The notes beneath the pieces are model-generated. The model worked only from the letters and a program-made list of their open reading frames with translations, did not search any database and was not told the DNA's origin. The position numbers were made by a program, and so were the translations under genes. A stretch of 61,694 nucleotides of DNA, counting the filler, from Sphacelaria rigidula (lineage: Eukaryota), in the NCBI GenBank assembly GCA_964200075.2. It is 9 parts of 9 records of this genome, joined end to end, with 100 filler letters (N's around TTAATTAATTAA, not from the genome) between each part and the next. Parts side by side here need not be neighbours in the genome. Positions count along the whole stretch, not along the records: positions 54,930 to 61,694 come from CAXNAA020018191.1; 8 more parts are not named here. One strand, 5' to 3'. Shown here one piece after another: positions 61,059 through 61,694 of the stretch; within the stretch, counting starts at the first letter, position 1; every line of letters begins with the position of its first letter.

Positions 61059-61694
61059 GTTTAGTGACGGGGTCAGAAGAAATTCGGAACCGTATTTTGC
61101 AGGCCACTTACCGGCCCACGTTTGGTGTTTGTGTATTGAAACTTCGTGTGGGCCATGGTGAGGGCATAATTGACGAAACAAAGTGGGTCAGGTTGATTTT
61201 TCTTATTTTTTCACTGGTTTAGGGCGTTTTAGTATGAAACCACCATTGTTTTACGAGAACGCCTGAACCTCTTCCAAAAACACAAACAAACTGAGGGCCC
61301 ATTTTGTTTTTAATGCAGCATACCTTTGTGGTTCTTTATCCCGAGTTTCAAACCACAATTCCAAAAATTGAGCTAAAAAATTGAGATAGGGCCCAAAAGC
61401 AGTGATCATTTCTCCTCAAAACTGCCCCAGAACCCCGAAAAAAATGAAGAGAAAAACGAAAAAAGTGAAAAAGCTGTGTTTATAAGCCTTACTATGCACT
61501 AGCGGTTCTCCATACGAAATGTTATAGCATAACTCTCAAAAACTGAAACGCGATATCCAGGTTCAGCTAATCTAGCGCATCTGCTCGTAATATACTGATT
61601 TTAGTATGGAAACTTATGTGCGCCATATCTCGAGATAGATTACGAATTAGGTGAAGGTGAGGGTATCTATCATCTCCCCGTGCTCCAGGGAATG

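Overview
This is eukaryotic, intron-rich, repeat-rich DNA, most likely from a brown alga (Phaeophyceae). The evidence for that is an EsV-1-7 repeat protein, a stramenopile-type Tic110 and short GT-AG exons in long introns. The window is not one locus. It is nine unrelated contigs (6767, 7 x 6766 and 6765 bp, so sorted by length) joined by 100-bp N44-TTAATTAATTAA-N44 linkers, and no neighbourhood inference can cross a linker. Host gene fragments: a DDT-domain chromatin protein (3 exons), exportin-7 exon 1 head-to-head with ATG18/WIPI exon 1, six TIC110-like exons, one GUF1/LepA exon and two weaker orphan exons. The most striking feature is an uninterrupted 905-aa ORF with about 19 tandem 38-aa C-x4-C-x16-C-x2-H EsV-1-7 repeats. 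Their variation is concentrated at a few fixed positions, and further repeats upstream are broken by a frameshift and a stop. Mobile DNA includes a decayed Ty1/copia element with both LTRs (TG...TA ends, 5-bp TSD) and a nested MITE, hAT-type and Tc1/mariner-type non-autonomous elements, a tRNA-derived SINE, two retroposon 3'-end families and several long inverted repeats. All protein assignments come from motif recognition by eye; no searches were run.
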